Positions 19,665-29,904 of a DNA stretch of 64,000 nt are shown here, piece by piece (position 1 is the first letter of the stretch; each line of letters opens with the position of its first letter). The stretch is from an uncultured Clostridia bacterium (GTDB lineage Bacteria; Bacillota; Clostridia; Christensenellales; CAG-917), in the NCBI GenBank assembly GCA_963542015.1, contig CAUTUX010000004.1, positions 5,497 to 69,496 of the forward strand, given 5' to 3'. The notes beneath the pieces were generated by a model, which worked only from the letters and a program-made list of their open reading frames with translations, made no database searches and was not told the origin of the DNA. The position numbers and the translations under genes are program-made.

Positions 19665-20271
19665 GCTTTTTGATTTTGATCTAAATATTATTAAAAATGA
19701 AAACAAATCATTGATTTGTGGTATTGATGAAGTTGGTAGAGGTTGCTTGGCAGGACCAGTGTTTTCAACCGCAATAATTATGTTGTATGAGAAATGCATT
19801 GAAGGTGTAAACGATTCGAAGGAATTAACCCCTAAAAAAAGAGAAATAGTTTTTGATGAAATAATGAAAAATGTAACAGACATCTCAACGACTGGGATTT
19901 CCAATGTTGATATAGATAAATATGGAATTCTGAAATGTACAATCAATTCAATGAAAGAAAATATTGAAAAGTTAAAAGCTAATCCAGATTTAATTTTAGT
20001 TGATTATATTGATTTATCACCAGAATACGAATGTGGTAGATATAATTTTCGAGACATTGTACATGGAGATACTGTTTCATATGCCATTGCAGCCGCATCT
20101 ATTGTTGCAAAAGTGACGAGAGATAAATTTATGTGCGATTTATCAAAAGAGTATCCACAATATCATTTTGAGAAAAATAAGGGATACGGAACTGCCGAAC
20201 ACATAGCAGCAATAAAGGAATTTGGACCATGCCCTATACACAGAATGACATTTATTAAAAATTTATTCTGA
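19657..20271 (+). CDS. rnhB: ribonuclease HII
   Basis: Contains ICGIDEVGRGCLAGPV and DSKELT. The start is uncertain: ATG 19657 is chosen, TTG 19642 is possible. Confidence 0.88.
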   Translation: MSKLFDFDLNIIKNENKSLICGIDEVGRGCLAGPVFSTAIIMLYEKCIEGVNDSKELTPKKREIVFDEIMKNVTDISTTGISNVDIDKYGILKCTINSMKENIEKLKANPDLILVDYIDLSPEYECGRYNFRDIVHGDTVSYAIAAASIVAKVTRDKFMCDLSKEYPQYHFEKNKGYGTAEHIAAIKEFGPCPIHRMTFIKNLF

Positions 20272-20396
20272 ATCCCTTCTATATATTATATTTAATTGTT
20301 TATACATATATTTTATGTTAAAATTTTTCACATGGCTCAACTGTTCCTATGCTGGAAGATATTCAGTAAGAACTTTTGTAAGATTTGGAGGAAGTC

Positions 20397-20738
20397 ATGA
20401 ACATAATTGATGTATTAGAAAAAGAGAGCATGAAGCAAGATTTGCCTAAAATTGAAATTGGTGATCAAGTTAATGTATTTGTTAAAGTTGTTGAAGGCAA
20501 CAGAGAGCGTATTCAGTCATATGAAGGAACTGTTATAGCACTTAAACATGGTGGTGTAAGACAGACAATGACTGTTAGAAGAATCAGTTATGGTGTAGGC
20601 GTTGAAAGAACATTTCCGCTACATTCACCAAGAGTTGATAGAATAGAAGTTGTAAGACACGGAAAAGTAAGAAGAGCTAAATTATATTATCTAAGAGAAA
20701 AGACAGGTAGAGCAGCGAAGTTAAAAGAAATTAGATAA
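20397..20738 (+). CDS. rplS: 50S ribosomal protein L19
   Basis: ATG 20397 follows GGAGGA. The protein contains [12 protein letters not shown]-type and RRAKLYYLR segments. Confidence 0.95.
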   Translation: MNIIDVLEKESMKQDLPKIEIGDQVNVFVKVVEGNRERIQSYEGTVIALKHGGVRQTMTVRRISYGVGVERTFPLHSPRVDRIEVVRHGKVRRAKLYYLREKTGRAAKLKEIR

Positions 20739-20750
20739 CTGAGGGTAAAA

Positions 20751-22937
20751 ATGAAAAAGAGAGTTCTCTCAATAGTAATAACTGTATTGGTTTTGTTACT
20801 TGCAATGTTTTCATTTGCTGCATGTGGTGAAATCGATGAAAATACAAATTTAGTCAAAAATGGAGCTTTTGAGGATTTTAATGACAGTAAGTTTGATAAC
20901 TGGACTGTTTTTGATGAATCGAAAGGGACTTATGAAAAAGTTTCTCCTGCTGAAAAAGAAAATAATGCAAAAAGTGATGGGTTTAATTTCGGTAAAGGAA
21001 TTTTAAAATTAAAAAATGACAAAACTGAAAATTTTGTATCCATCTCTCAGACAATTAAAGTAAAAAAAGATCAAGTATATAAATTGTCTATTAGTTGGCG
21101 TTATGAAGTTGAATATGATAAGCCTGCTAAAACTACCAAGGGATATCTTCAATTAAATGACGGTGCAACAAAAATATCGCATAAAGATGGTATAAATGAG
21201 AAGTGGAACACCACTGAAGTTTATATTAAATCCAAGTCAAGAGACTTAAAGTTGGAAGTTCTTTTAGGGACAAAAGACGCCAAAGAAAAAGGTAATTTGT
21301 ATGTTGATAATATTTCCTTAACTGCAGTTAAAAATCCTCCAGCAGGAACAACAGTTACAACTGTTGCAAAAACAAGCAGAGGAAGTGCTAAATACAATAT
21401 TAAAAGTCAGTCAGGCACAATTTTAATTGTCTTTGCTTCATTGATCACAGTTGCATTGGTAATTGCAGGTTCTGTTCTTGCTAGAAGAGCATACAGTAAA
21501 AAAGATGTATTTGAAGATTTTGCAACGGCAAAGATAGCAAAAAATAATCCTGCAATGGCAGCACATTTAGATAAATATCAATTCATCTACATTGGCGTCA
21601 TAATTGCAGTTTGTGCACTTTTATTAAGATTTATTTTGCTTTTTACAACTTACGGATTTGGTAAGGAAATGACTAGTACAATAGAAACTGCAAGATCTAT
21701 AGCAAAGACTAGTGATTTAACAAAATTCTATTCAAACAACAAAAACAGTACAGCGGCTCCAGGATTTTTATATCTCCTATCTATATTGGGAGCATTTGGA
21801 ATAAAGAGCAATAGTGATTTATCAATCATGATAAGGTTTATAAATATCTTATTTGATATTGGTATAGTATTAACGCTCTATTTTTATGGTAGAAAATATG
21901 TTGGTAACAAATTATCAACAATATATTCGTCATTATATGCTTTGTTACCAATTGCTTTCATAATGTCAGCAATGTCAAATACTTTCTTAAGTGTACTTAT
22001 TGCATTCATATTGATGTTGACATTATTGTTACTTGAAAAAAAATATATTGCTTTTTATGCAATGTTACCTTTAGCAATTATATTTGATTTGAGAGTTATG
22101 GCAGCAGTACCAGTGCTAGCAGTTGTAATGGTATTTGATTATATTAAAGACGATGCTTCAATTGCAAAATTCACAAAGAATAGAGCAGTAATGGTGTTCG
22201 GAATCTTGGTAACTTTAGTAATGCTTTACTTGTTAACATTACCAATAGCAATTACTCAGATTAAAGGCAAAGATGCATTCTACGGATACAAAGCAATTGC
22301 AAATGTAATGATAAATAATAAGATATTTGTTTTGAACGGATTAAATCTTTATGCCTTAGCTGGAATGAATGGGCAAGAAGTACTTAAGAGTACAGTAATA
22401 CTTAATATAATATTTATTATAGTATTTGAGATATTCGTTATATCTATGTTTATAGGTAAAAAGAATAAGTTGGATGTACTTTTACTGATTGCACTAACAT
22501 ATTCAGTTATGGGAATCCTCACAATGAAAGTAGACTACACATATATTGTAATTCCAATTGCAATTCTTATGTTACATACAATGATTGTAGGTGATAAGAG
22601 ATTATATTTCATTAATGCTGTATTTATGTTCTTGTCAGTAGTAAACCTAACGCAGATGATTAATGTTTCACAGTTTATTGGTGGTAAGACCAGTGCAATT
22701 GCACAAAATCAATTGGTTGCATTTGAAGAAAGAGACCCATTCTTAATTTTCTTTTCTGTGGTTGCACTGTTAACATTGCTATACTATATGTATGTTTCAT
22801 ACTCAATTACAGTAAGTAAGAAAGTAGTTGATATAAAACCAATGAACGAAAATCTTTTCAAATATATTAAAAATAAATTTGTAATGCTAAATAGATATTT
22901 CAAAGAAAAGAAAATAGCTAAACAAGCTGCTAAATAA
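20751..22937 (+). CDS. lipoprotein-signal protein with an N-terminal CBM-like beta-sandwich domain fused to a polytopic GT-C/PMT-like membrane domain
   Basis: The signal plus lipobox-like FAAC at residues 21-24 is followed by NLVKNGAFEDF...NW, typical of CBM4/9-like modules. Roughly a dozen or more hydrophobic helices follow. The function is inferred from architecture only. Confidence 0.45.
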   Translation: MKKRVLSIVITVLVLLLAMFSFAACGEIDENTNLVKNGAFEDFNDSKFDNWTVFDESKGTYEKVSPAEKENNAKSDGFNFGKGILKLKNDKTENFVSISQTIKVKKDQVYKLSISWRYEVEYDKPAKTTKGYLQLNDGATKISHKDGINEKWNTTEVYIKSKSRDLKLEVLLGTKDAKEKGNLYVDNISLTAVKNPPAGTTVTTVAKTSRGSAKYNIKSQSGTILIVFASLITVALVIAGSVLARRAYSKKDVFEDFATAKIAKNNPAMAAHLDKYQFIYIGVIIAVCALLLRFILLFTTYGFGKEMTSTIETARSIAKTSDLTKFYSNNKNSTAAPGFLYLLSILGAFGIKSNSDLSIMIRFINILFDIGIVLTLYFYGRKYVGNKLSTIYSSLYALLPIAFIMSAMSNTFLSVLIAFILMLTLLLLEKKYIAFYAMLPLAIIFDLRVMAAVPVLAVVMVFDYIKDDASIAKFTKNRAVMVFGILVTLVMLYLLTLPIAITQIKGKDAFYGYKAIANVMINNKIFVLNGLNLYALAGMNGQEVLKSTVILNIIFIIVFEIFVISMFIGKKNKLDVLLLIALTYSVMGILTMKVDYTYIVIPIAILMLHTMIVGDKRLYFINAVFMFLSVVNLTQMINVSQFIGGKTSAIAQNQLVAFEERDPFLIFFSVVALLTLLYYMYVSYSITVSKKVVDIKPMNENLFKYIKNKFVMLNRYFKEKKIAKQAAK

Positions 22938-22940
22938 ATA

Positions 22941-22965
22941 AAAGCCCCAAAAGGGGCTTTTTTTA
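22941..22965. terminator. bidirectional rho-independent terminator
   Basis: aaagcccc-aaaa-ggggcttt is flanked by an A-run and a T-run, between convergent genes. Confidence 0.8.
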
Positions 22966-23727
22966 TTTCATATTATTTATAAATGTTTCAATCAAATCAA
23001 GTGGTATTTTTTCAAAAATTATATTAGCTGAAAATTCTTCAGCTATTTTAATTTTTTCTTCAGAGTTAACGGTCCATAAGAGTATAGGAAGTTTCCCAAT
23101 GTAACTTTTTAGGTATGTATTTTCTTTAAATTTTGGATTTAATGACCTTACATCGTAAGCAATGAAGTCAGGTTCACTATTTTGAATTACTTTCAATTTT
23201 CCGAAGTAATTAAGCATAAATGAACGCTCTTTATTTCCAAAACGCCAAGAGGCAAGTTGACCACAGTTAAAATCAGAATGTTGTTTAAGGTATTTAACAG
23301 CCTCAAAATTAAAAGATTGAAAAGCAAGTCTTCCACTATAGTTTTTTGTTTGATTATCAGCTGTAGCCTCAATTCCGTGATAATACGGATTCAAACCTTT
23401 AATTTCACACAATATTCCAGTTTGATTATCAACGAAATCCAAAACTTCTTCAAAAGTTGGGATCTGCTCTTTTGTTCCAGGTAATTTTAATTTTCTTATT
23501 TCATCAAAAGTAGTAGAGGATATGGACTTTTTTATCCCAAAAAGTCTTTTTAAATTATAATCGTGGAAAACTATTAATTTTTTATCTTTTGTGAGTTGGA
23601 CATCTAGTTCAATATTAAAATTGTGGTCAATAGCGTTCTTAAATGCAGAAATACTGTTTTCAGGTATACCATTGCCATGCAAACCACGATGGCAAACTGG
23701 TCTTTCCATCAACCAATTTAATCCCAT
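22963..23727 (-). CDS. glycerophosphodiester phosphodiesterase family protein
   Basis: Contains the GDPD motifs HRGLHG..PENSISAF, IELDVQLTKD and VFHD. Confidence 0.8.
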   Translation of the reverse strand: MGLNWLMERPVCHRGLHGNGIPENSISAFKNAIDHNFNIELDVQLTKDKKLIVFHDYNLKRLFGIKKSISSTTFDEIRKLKLPGTKEQIPTFEEVLDFVDNQTGILCEIKGLNPYYHGIEATADNQTKNYSGRLAFQSFNFEAVKYLKQHSDFNCGQLASWRFGNKERSFMLNYFGKLKVIQNSEPDFIAYDVRSLNPKFKENTYLKSYIGKLPILLWTVNSEEKIKIAEEFSANIIFEKIPLDLIETFINNMK

Positions 23728-23806
23728 ATCTTCCCCATATGTAATTTATTGATAAAATTTTAAGCTTTAATTATAATATTGTCAATATTGATTTTTGAGG
23801 AAATAC

Positions 23807-25606
23807 TTGAATAAAAACAACATTAGAAATTTTTGTATCATTGCACATATAGATCACGGTAAGAGTACATTGGCAGATAGATTAATAGAAAAAACTCAAA
23901 CTGTAGCCTTAAGAGATATGACATCTCAGTTGCTAGACAACATGGATATTGAGCGTGAGCGTGGCATTACAATAAAGTTGCAAACTTGTCGCATGAAATA
24001 CAATTATAAAGGTGAGGACTATATTCTTAATTTAATAGATACTCCGGGGCATGTCGACTTTACCTATGAAGTCTCCAGATCCTTGGCCGCTTGTGAAGGT
24101 GCTCTTCTTATAGTTGATGCGACACAGGGAATAGAAGCCCAAACATTATCTAATTTATATTTAGCATTAGAAAATAATCTCGAGATAATTCCAGTAATAA
24201 ATAAGATTGATTTGCCATCAGCAGATGTTCCTGCAATTAAGAAGGAAATTGAGGATATTATCGGATTAGATACATCAAATTGCCCATTAGTATCAGCAAA
24301 AGAAGGAATAGGGATTACAGAATTAATTGAAGCCGTAATTGAAAAAATTCCTGCACCAGTTGGAGATGAAAATGCACCGCTTAAAGCATTAATTTTTGAC
24401 AGTTTTTATGATAACTTCCGTGGTGCAATTTCAATGGTAAGGGTTTTTGATGGAAGAGTAAAAGTAGGAGACAGAATAAAAATGTTTTCTACAAAAAAAG
24501 AATTTGAAGTTGTTGAAGTAGGATATTTTCATCCGTCATTATATAGTTCCAGCGAAGTCAAAGCTGGAGAAGTTGGTTATATTGCTGCCAGCATTAAAAA
24601 TGTATCTGATACGGCAGTAGGTGACACCATTACTCTTGCAGACAATCCAGCAAAAGAACCGTTAGCTGGATATAAAAAGTCAGTGCCGATGGTATACACT
24701 GGTGTTTTTCCAGCGGATGGATCAAAGTATGATGATTTAAAAGAGGCATTACTAAAACTTCAATTAAATGATGCTTCTTTATCATTTGAGCCTGAAGTTT
24801 CAAAAGCACTTGGATTTGGATTTAGATGTGGCTTTCTTGGATTGCTTCATATGGATATAATTCAAGAAAGAATAGAGCGTGAATTTGATTTAAAGATTAT
24901 AACTACCGCCCCTAGTGTTTCATACAAAGTAATGAAAACAAATAACGAAGAAATAATAGTAGATAATCCTATTTCCCTACCTTCGCCAAGCAACATAATA
25001 TATATTAAGGAGCCAATGGTTAAAGCCACAATATATACTCCGCCAGAATATGTTGGAACAATTATGGAACTATGTCAGGAAAAGCGAGGAACGATGGAGG
25101 ATATGTCATATATTGATTCAAAGAGGGTAAGTATAATTTATAAAATGCCACTTAATGAAATCGTATATGATTTTTTTGATATTCTAAAATCAAGAACCAA
25201 GGGTTATGCTTCATTGGATTATGAAATGGCTGATTACGAAAAAAGTGATTTATTGAGACTCGATATCTTAATAAACGGAGAAGTTTGTGATGCACTTTCA
25301 CTTATAACGCATAAAGATAAAGCATATGCAAGAGGAAGAGCAATTGTAGAAAAACTTCGAAATGTTATTCCTAGACAATTGTTTGAAATACCAATTCAGG
25401 CAGCTATTGGATCCAAAATAATAGCTAGAGAAACAGTTAAAGCTGTTAGAAAAGATGTTCTTGCAAAGTGTTATGGTGGAGATATAACCAGAAAGAAAAA
25501 ACTTCTTGAAAAACAAAAAGAAGGAAAGAAACGTATGAGGAAGGTAGGCTCTGTTGAAATTCCGAGTGATGCATTTATTACGATTCTAAAACTATCGGAT
25601 GAATAA
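23807..25606 (+). CDS. lepA: elongation factor 4 (LepA)
   Basis: Contains [25 protein letters not shown] and NKIDL, with the LepA C-terminal domain. The TTG at 23807, 6 nt after GAGG, is preferred over the TTG at 23795. Confidence 0.95.
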   Translation: MNKNNIRNFCIIAHIDHGKSTLADRLIEKTQTVALRDMTSQLLDNMDIERERGITIKLQTCRMKYNYKGEDYILNLIDTPGHVDFTYEVSRSLAACEGALLIVDATQGIEAQTLSNLYLALENNLEIIPVINKIDLPSADVPAIKKEIEDIIGLDTSNCPLVSAKEGIGITELIEAVIEKIPAPVGDENAPLKALIFDSFYDNFRGAISMVRVFDGRVKVGDRIKMFSTKKEFEVVEVGYFHPSLYSSSEVKAGEVGYIAASIKNVSDTAVGDTITLADNPAKEPLAGYKKSVPMVYTGVFPADGSKYDDLKEALLKLQLNDASLSFEPEVSKALGFGFRCGFLGLLHMDIIQERIEREFDLKIITTAPSVSYKVMKTNNEEIIVDNPISLPSPSNIIYIKEPMVKATIYTPPEYVGTIMELCQEKRGTMEDMSYIDSKRVSIIYKMPLNEIVYDFFDILKSRTKGYASLDYEMADYEKSDLLRLDILINGEVCDALSLITHKDKAYARGRAIVEKLRNVIPRQLFEIPIQAAIGSKIIARETVKAVRKDVLAKCYGGDITRKKKLLEKQKEGKKRMRKVGSVEIPSDAFITILKLSDE

Positions 25607-26669
25607 ACCTGCATCAGTTTATATTCATTTCCCATTTTGTAAAAGCAAATGTTCATATTGTACATTCAATTCAATAACTGATTTGAGTTTAAAAGAAAAA
25701 TATATAAATAAGTTACTCGAAGAAATTTCAAATACTAAAATAAATTCATCAATTGATACAATATACTTTGGTGGTGGCACACCTTCTTTGATGTCTGAAG
25801 ACGAAATAAGATTCTTGGCAAATAAACTTAAAGAAAAAAATAAAATAATTGACGACTATGAATGCACCATCGAAGTAAATCCAGAAAGTGTTTCTGAAGA
25901 AAATTTGGCAACATATAAAGAGGTTGGTATTAATCGAATAAGTGTTGGGATCCAGTCGTTACAAGATTTCGAATTAAAGAGCATGAATAGAATTCATACT
26001 TCATCTGAAGCAATAAATAAATTAGAGTTGGTATCTAAATTTTTCGATAATATTTCTTGTGATTTAATAGTTGGTTTTAAGGAAAATAAAACATTAATAG
26101 ATACGGTAGAAAAACTTAAAAAATATGCAAAATCTTTATCAATATATCTTTTATCATTTGATGAAAAAACACTGCTTAATCCGCAAGAAACATATATTGT
26201 TAAAAATGAAGATGAGTGTATTGATAGATATAACGAACTTATAGATCATTTATTAAATATTGGATATCTAAGGTATGAAATATCAAATTTTGCATTTCCA
26301 GGATATCAGTCAAAACATAATATGAAATACTGGTTACGGGGTACATACTATGGGTTTGGGGCTGGTGCACATTCATTTATATCTGAAAAAAATTTAAGGT
26401 TTAGCAATAGTGACACTATTGAAAACTATCTCAATGATAAAGGAAAATCGTATGAACAATTGACCGTAAAAGATATTTATGAAGAGAAAATAATGCTAGG
26501 GTTGAGAACGATTTATGGGATTGAAAAAAAATATGTAAATGAAAAAATACTAGCAAAATATAAAGGATATTATTTATTAAAAAATGATAAATTTATACTC
26601 AATAGTAAAGGTATGAATATTATGAATCGTATTTGTTTAGACATAGTAGAATTGGTTGGTCAAGCTTGA
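25599..26669 (+). CDS. hemW: radical SAM HemW/HemN-like heme chaperone
   Basis: Contains [16 protein letters not shown] (CxxxCxxC) and GGGTPS. Its position after lepA is conserved. Confidence 0.85.
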   Translation: MNKPASVYIHFPFCKSKCSYCTFNSITDLSLKEKYINKLLEEISNTKINSSIDTIYFGGGTPSLMSEDEIRFLANKLKEKNKIIDDYECTIEVNPESVSEENLATYKEVGINRISVGIQSLQDFELKSMNRIHTSSEAINKLELVSKFFDNISCDLIVGFKENKTLIDTVEKLKKYAKSLSIYLLSFDEKTLLNPQETYIVKNEDECIDRYNELIDHLLNIGYLRYEISNFAFPGYQSKHNMKYWLRGTYYGFGAGAHSFISEKNLRFSNSDTIENYLNDKGKSYEQLTVKDIYEEKIMLGLRTIYGIEKKYVNEKILAKYKGYYLLKNDKFILNSKGMNIMNRICLDIVELVGQA

Positions 26670-26724
26670 TTTTTCATTGATAAGGGCATTGCAATTTGAT
26701 ATTATTTAATCAACGGAGAGTTTC

Positions 26725-27864
26725 ATGGTTCCAGATTTAAAATATGATGTAAAGAACAAAACTGCACCTCTTGCCATAGTGGCAACACCTGGAGCGGGCG
26801 AATTAGCAGCTTCAATTGATAGTTGGCTAATAAGCTGGTTTAAGAAAGATTTGGGTGACAGAAAATCATTTATTATTGAATCAGATTGTCCAAGGTTTAC
26901 AAACGGTGAAGGTAAAGGAATTATATATGAAACTGTGCGAGGCAAGGATTTATACATAATATGTGATCCAAACAATCATGGGATCACTTACAATATGTAT
27001 GGAAAACAAATTCCTATGACGCCAGATGAGCACTTTGCCGATCTCATAAGACTTTTGGGAACAACAACTGGAAAGCCCAAGAGAATAACCGTTATAATGC
27101 CAATGCTTTATGGTGGCAGACAGCATAGAAGATCAGCAAGAGAATCATTAGATTGTGCACTTATGTTGCATCAGCTACAGCACATGGGAGTAAAAGACAT
27201 CATTACTTTTGATGCACATGACCCAAGAGTGCAGAATGCAGTTCCTCAGATGGGGTTTGACAATTATTTTCCTCATTATCAAATTTTAAAGAAGTTATCT
27301 AAGCATTTCCCGGATGTGCAGTTTAATAAAGATAGAATGATGGTTATTTCACCTGATGAAGGGGCAATGCCTAGAAACATTTATTATGCATCAATCCTAG
27401 GTCTTGACTTAGGGATGTTCTACAAAAGAAGAGATTATACAAAAATTATAAATGGAAGAAATCCAATAGTTGCACATGAATATATCGGAAGTTCAGTCAT
27501 GGGAATGGATGTATTTGTGGCAGATGATGTAATTGCAACTGGAGATTCGATATTAAAACTTGCATATGAGATAAAGGAGAAAGGAGCAAGAAGAGTCTTC
27601 CTAGCACCTACATTCTCATTATTCACAGAAGGTATTGAGAAATTTAATAAAGCATATGAAGAACACGCTTTTGAAGGAGTGTTATCAACCAATCTGACAT
27701 ATAGAATTCCTGAATTAAAGGATGCAAAATGGTTCTATGAAGCAGATATGTCAAAATATCTTGCATATATTGTGGCTGCATCCAACTATAATATTTCAGC
27801 ATCTACCTTGTTAAGTCCGTCAGAAAAAATCAAAAAATTAATGGAAAGAATTAATAGTAAATAG
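26725..27864 (+). CDS. prs: ribose-phosphate pyrophosphokinase (long form)
   Basis: Contains a PRPP-binding loop VFVADDVIATGDS and a YGGRQHRR-type flexible loop. At 379 aa it is longer than the ~315-aa class I enzymes. Confidence 0.8.
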   Translation: MVPDLKYDVKNKTAPLAIVATPGAGELAASIDSWLISWFKKDLGDRKSFIIESDCPRFTNGEGKGIIYETVRGKDLYIICDPNNHGITYNMYGKQIPMTPDEHFADLIRLLGTTTGKPKRITVIMPMLYGGRQHRRSARESLDCALMLHQLQHMGVKDIITFDAHDPRVQNAVPQMGFDNYFPHYQILKKLSKHFPDVQFNKDRMMVISPDEGAMPRNIYYASILGLDLGMFYKRRDYTKIINGRNPIVAHEYIGSSVMGMDVFVADDVIATGDSILKLAYEIKEKGARRVFLAPTFSLFTEGIEKFNKAYEEHAFEGVLSTNLTYRIPELKDAKWFYEADMSKYLAYIVAASNYNISASTLLSPSEKIKKLMERINSK

Positions 27865-27873
27865 GAGGATATT

Positions 27874-28512
27874 TTGAAAATTTCTTGGCTTGGGCATTCG
27901 GCTTTCAAGTTAGAGGAAAGCACTGGTACTGTTTTGGTTGCTGATCCTTATTCGCCCGTTTCAGGACATTCGATACAAAAAATTAAATCTGATATTGTAA
28001 CTGTAAGTTGTGAAAGTTGTTTTAATGCACTTGCATCTGGAATAGAGGGTACCCCTACAATTATAAGTAGACCTGGCTCATATGATATTGAAGGCGTGCA
28101 TATACATGGCTTTTCAGAGGCAGCTTTAAATAAAGTAGACAGCAAGAACATAATATATAAGTATCGTTTAGATGGTGTTGATGTATGTCATATGGGAAAT
28201 ATTAATTCAGAATGTACAACTCTGTTAGTTGAAACTATAGCACCTATTGATGTATTATTAATTCCAGTTGGCGGACATGACACAATTGATGCCGATTTGG
28301 CAAAAGAATATGTAGAAAAATTAATGCCAAATATTGTTATTCCAATGCATTTCAAAGAAAAAGATTGTGATTGCGACTTAGACAAGAGACATGATTTCGT
28401 TGATTTATTTGATGAAGATGAAATCGAAGTAAAAGAAGAAAAAACAATTGAATTTGATAGATATAATGTAGATTCGGAAGAAACAAAAGTCCTTTTATTA
28501 AAAAAACTCTAA
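27874..28512 (+). CDS. metallo-beta-lactamase-fold hydrolase (UPF0173-like)
   Basis: TTG start after GGAGGA. The N-terminus is MKISWLGHSAFKLE. Confidence 0.7.
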   Translation: MKISWLGHSAFKLEESTGTVLVADPYSPVSGHSIQKIKSDIVTVSCESCFNALASGIEGTPTIISRPGSYDIEGVHIHGFSEAALNKVDSKNIIYKYRLDGVDVCHMGNINSECTTLLVETIAPIDVLLIPVGGHDTIDADLAKEYVEKLMPNIVIPMHFKEKDCDCDLDKRHDFVDLFDEDEIEVKEEKTIEFDRYNVDSEETKVLLLKKL

Positions 28513-28530
28513 ACATCTATTCGGAGGAAC

Positions 28531-29901
28531 ATGTATAACATAGAAGATTTAGATTCAAAAAACATTTTTGCGTTGCGTTTACTAGCAAAAGAATTTGGGA
28601 TTCAATCTCCAACAAAACTAAAAAAAGATGAACTTATTGAAAAAATAAATAAGATTGCAAACAATATCGAAACTGGAGAGTTACCAATTAAAAGCGATGT
28701 TGAAAATGTAGTAAAAAAAGAAAAAATGGTGCAAAATGAGGAAAAGATAATTCAAGCATCAGGACAACTTGAAATAATGCACAGTGGATATGGATTTTTA
28801 AGAGCACAAAATCAACATGATTCAAACTCTTCAGATGACATATATGTAAGTTTACCTAAAATAAAATCATTCAAATTAAAACAAGGTGATATAGTTGTTG
28901 CAAATTGTAAGCAGACAACTGATTCAAAGCAACCTGCATTAATTGATGTAATATCAATTAATGGTATGCCATACGCTGAAGTTAAAAATAGAGTAGAATT
29001 TGATAGTTTAATTCCTATTTATCCAAATGAAAGGTTAGTTTTAGAATCAGCTGGAAGTCAAAATGATTTTGCAATTCGTTGTATAGATTTAGTAGCACCA
29101 ATCGGAAAAGGTCAAAGAGCTATGATTGTTTCACCACCTAAAGCAGGTAAAACGACTTTGCTAAAATCAATAGCTAATGCTATTTCTACAAATTATCCTG
29201 ATATAGAGCTTTTAGTTTTACTTATAGATGAACGACCAGAAGAAGTTACCGATATGCAACGCTCAATAAAAGGAACTGTGGTTTATTCTACATTTGATGA
29301 GTTGCCTGAAAATCATACGAAGACTGCGGAAAAGTTGCTTGAAAGAGCTAAGAGAAGTGTAGAGATGGGAAAGGATGTTGTAATACTAATGGATAGTTTA
29401 ACAAGACTTGCCAGAGCATATAATTTAACTGTTCCACCTACTGGAAGAACTTTGTCTGGTGGTATTGATCCAGGTGCCTTACATTCCCCAAAAAGATTTT
29501 TTGGTAGTGCAAGAAATATTGAAAATGGTGGTTCCTTAACAATAATAGCAACAGCCTTAGTTGATACTGGAAGCAGAATGGACGATGTTATTTTTGAAGA
29601 ATTCAAGGGCACAGGTAATATGGAAATACACTTGAATAGAAATTTAAGTGAAAAGAGAATATTCCCTGCTATTGATTTGGCAAAATCTGGAACCAGAAAA
29701 GAAGAGTTGCTTTTAACCAAGAGTGAACTAGAAGCGACATGGATTATAAGAAAAATGCTAACAGATAATCCAGATGCGATTCAGTTCCTTTTGAACATGA
29801 TAGTAAAAACTAAGACAAATAAAGAATTTATCGACACATTTACATCACAAGTAATGGCATTAAAAAAGAAGGGATTTGATACTGCTAAAACAAATAACTA
29901 A
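28531..29901 (+). CDS. rho: transcription termination factor Rho
   Basis: Has a Rho_N-like N-terminus (LRLLAKEFGI), GYGFLR, Walker A PPKAGKTTL, DSLTRLARAYN and FPAIDL. Confidence 0.95.
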   Translation: MYNIEDLDSKNIFALRLLAKEFGIQSPTKLKKDELIEKINKIANNIETGELPIKSDVENVVKKEKMVQNEEKIIQASGQLEIMHSGYGFLRAQNQHDSNSSDDIYVSLPKIKSFKLKQGDIVVANCKQTTDSKQPALIDVISINGMPYAEVKNRVEFDSLIPIYPNERLVLESAGSQNDFAIRCIDLVAPIGKGQRAMIVSPPKAGKTTLLKSIANAISTNYPDIELLVLLIDERPEEVTDMQRSIKGTVVYSTFDELPENHTKTAEKLLERAKRSVEMGKDVVILMDSLTRLARAYNLTVPPTGRTLSGGIDPGALHSPKRFFGSARNIENGGSLTIIATALVDTGSRMDDVIFEEFKGTGNMEIHLNRNLSEKRIFPAIDLAKSGTRKEELLLTKSELEATWIIRKMLTDNPDAIQFLLNMIVKTKTNKEFIDTFTSQVMALKKKGFDTAKTNN

Positions 29902-29904
29902 AAA

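Noticed and set aside
20272-20396. A possible L19 (rplS) autoregulatory leader in the 113-nt gap before rplS, with a small hairpin GTTCC-tatgct-GGAAG.
   Set aside because: I cannot reproduce the Rfam L19-leader consensus from memory, and the hairpin is only 4-5 bp. This could be decided by cmsearch.
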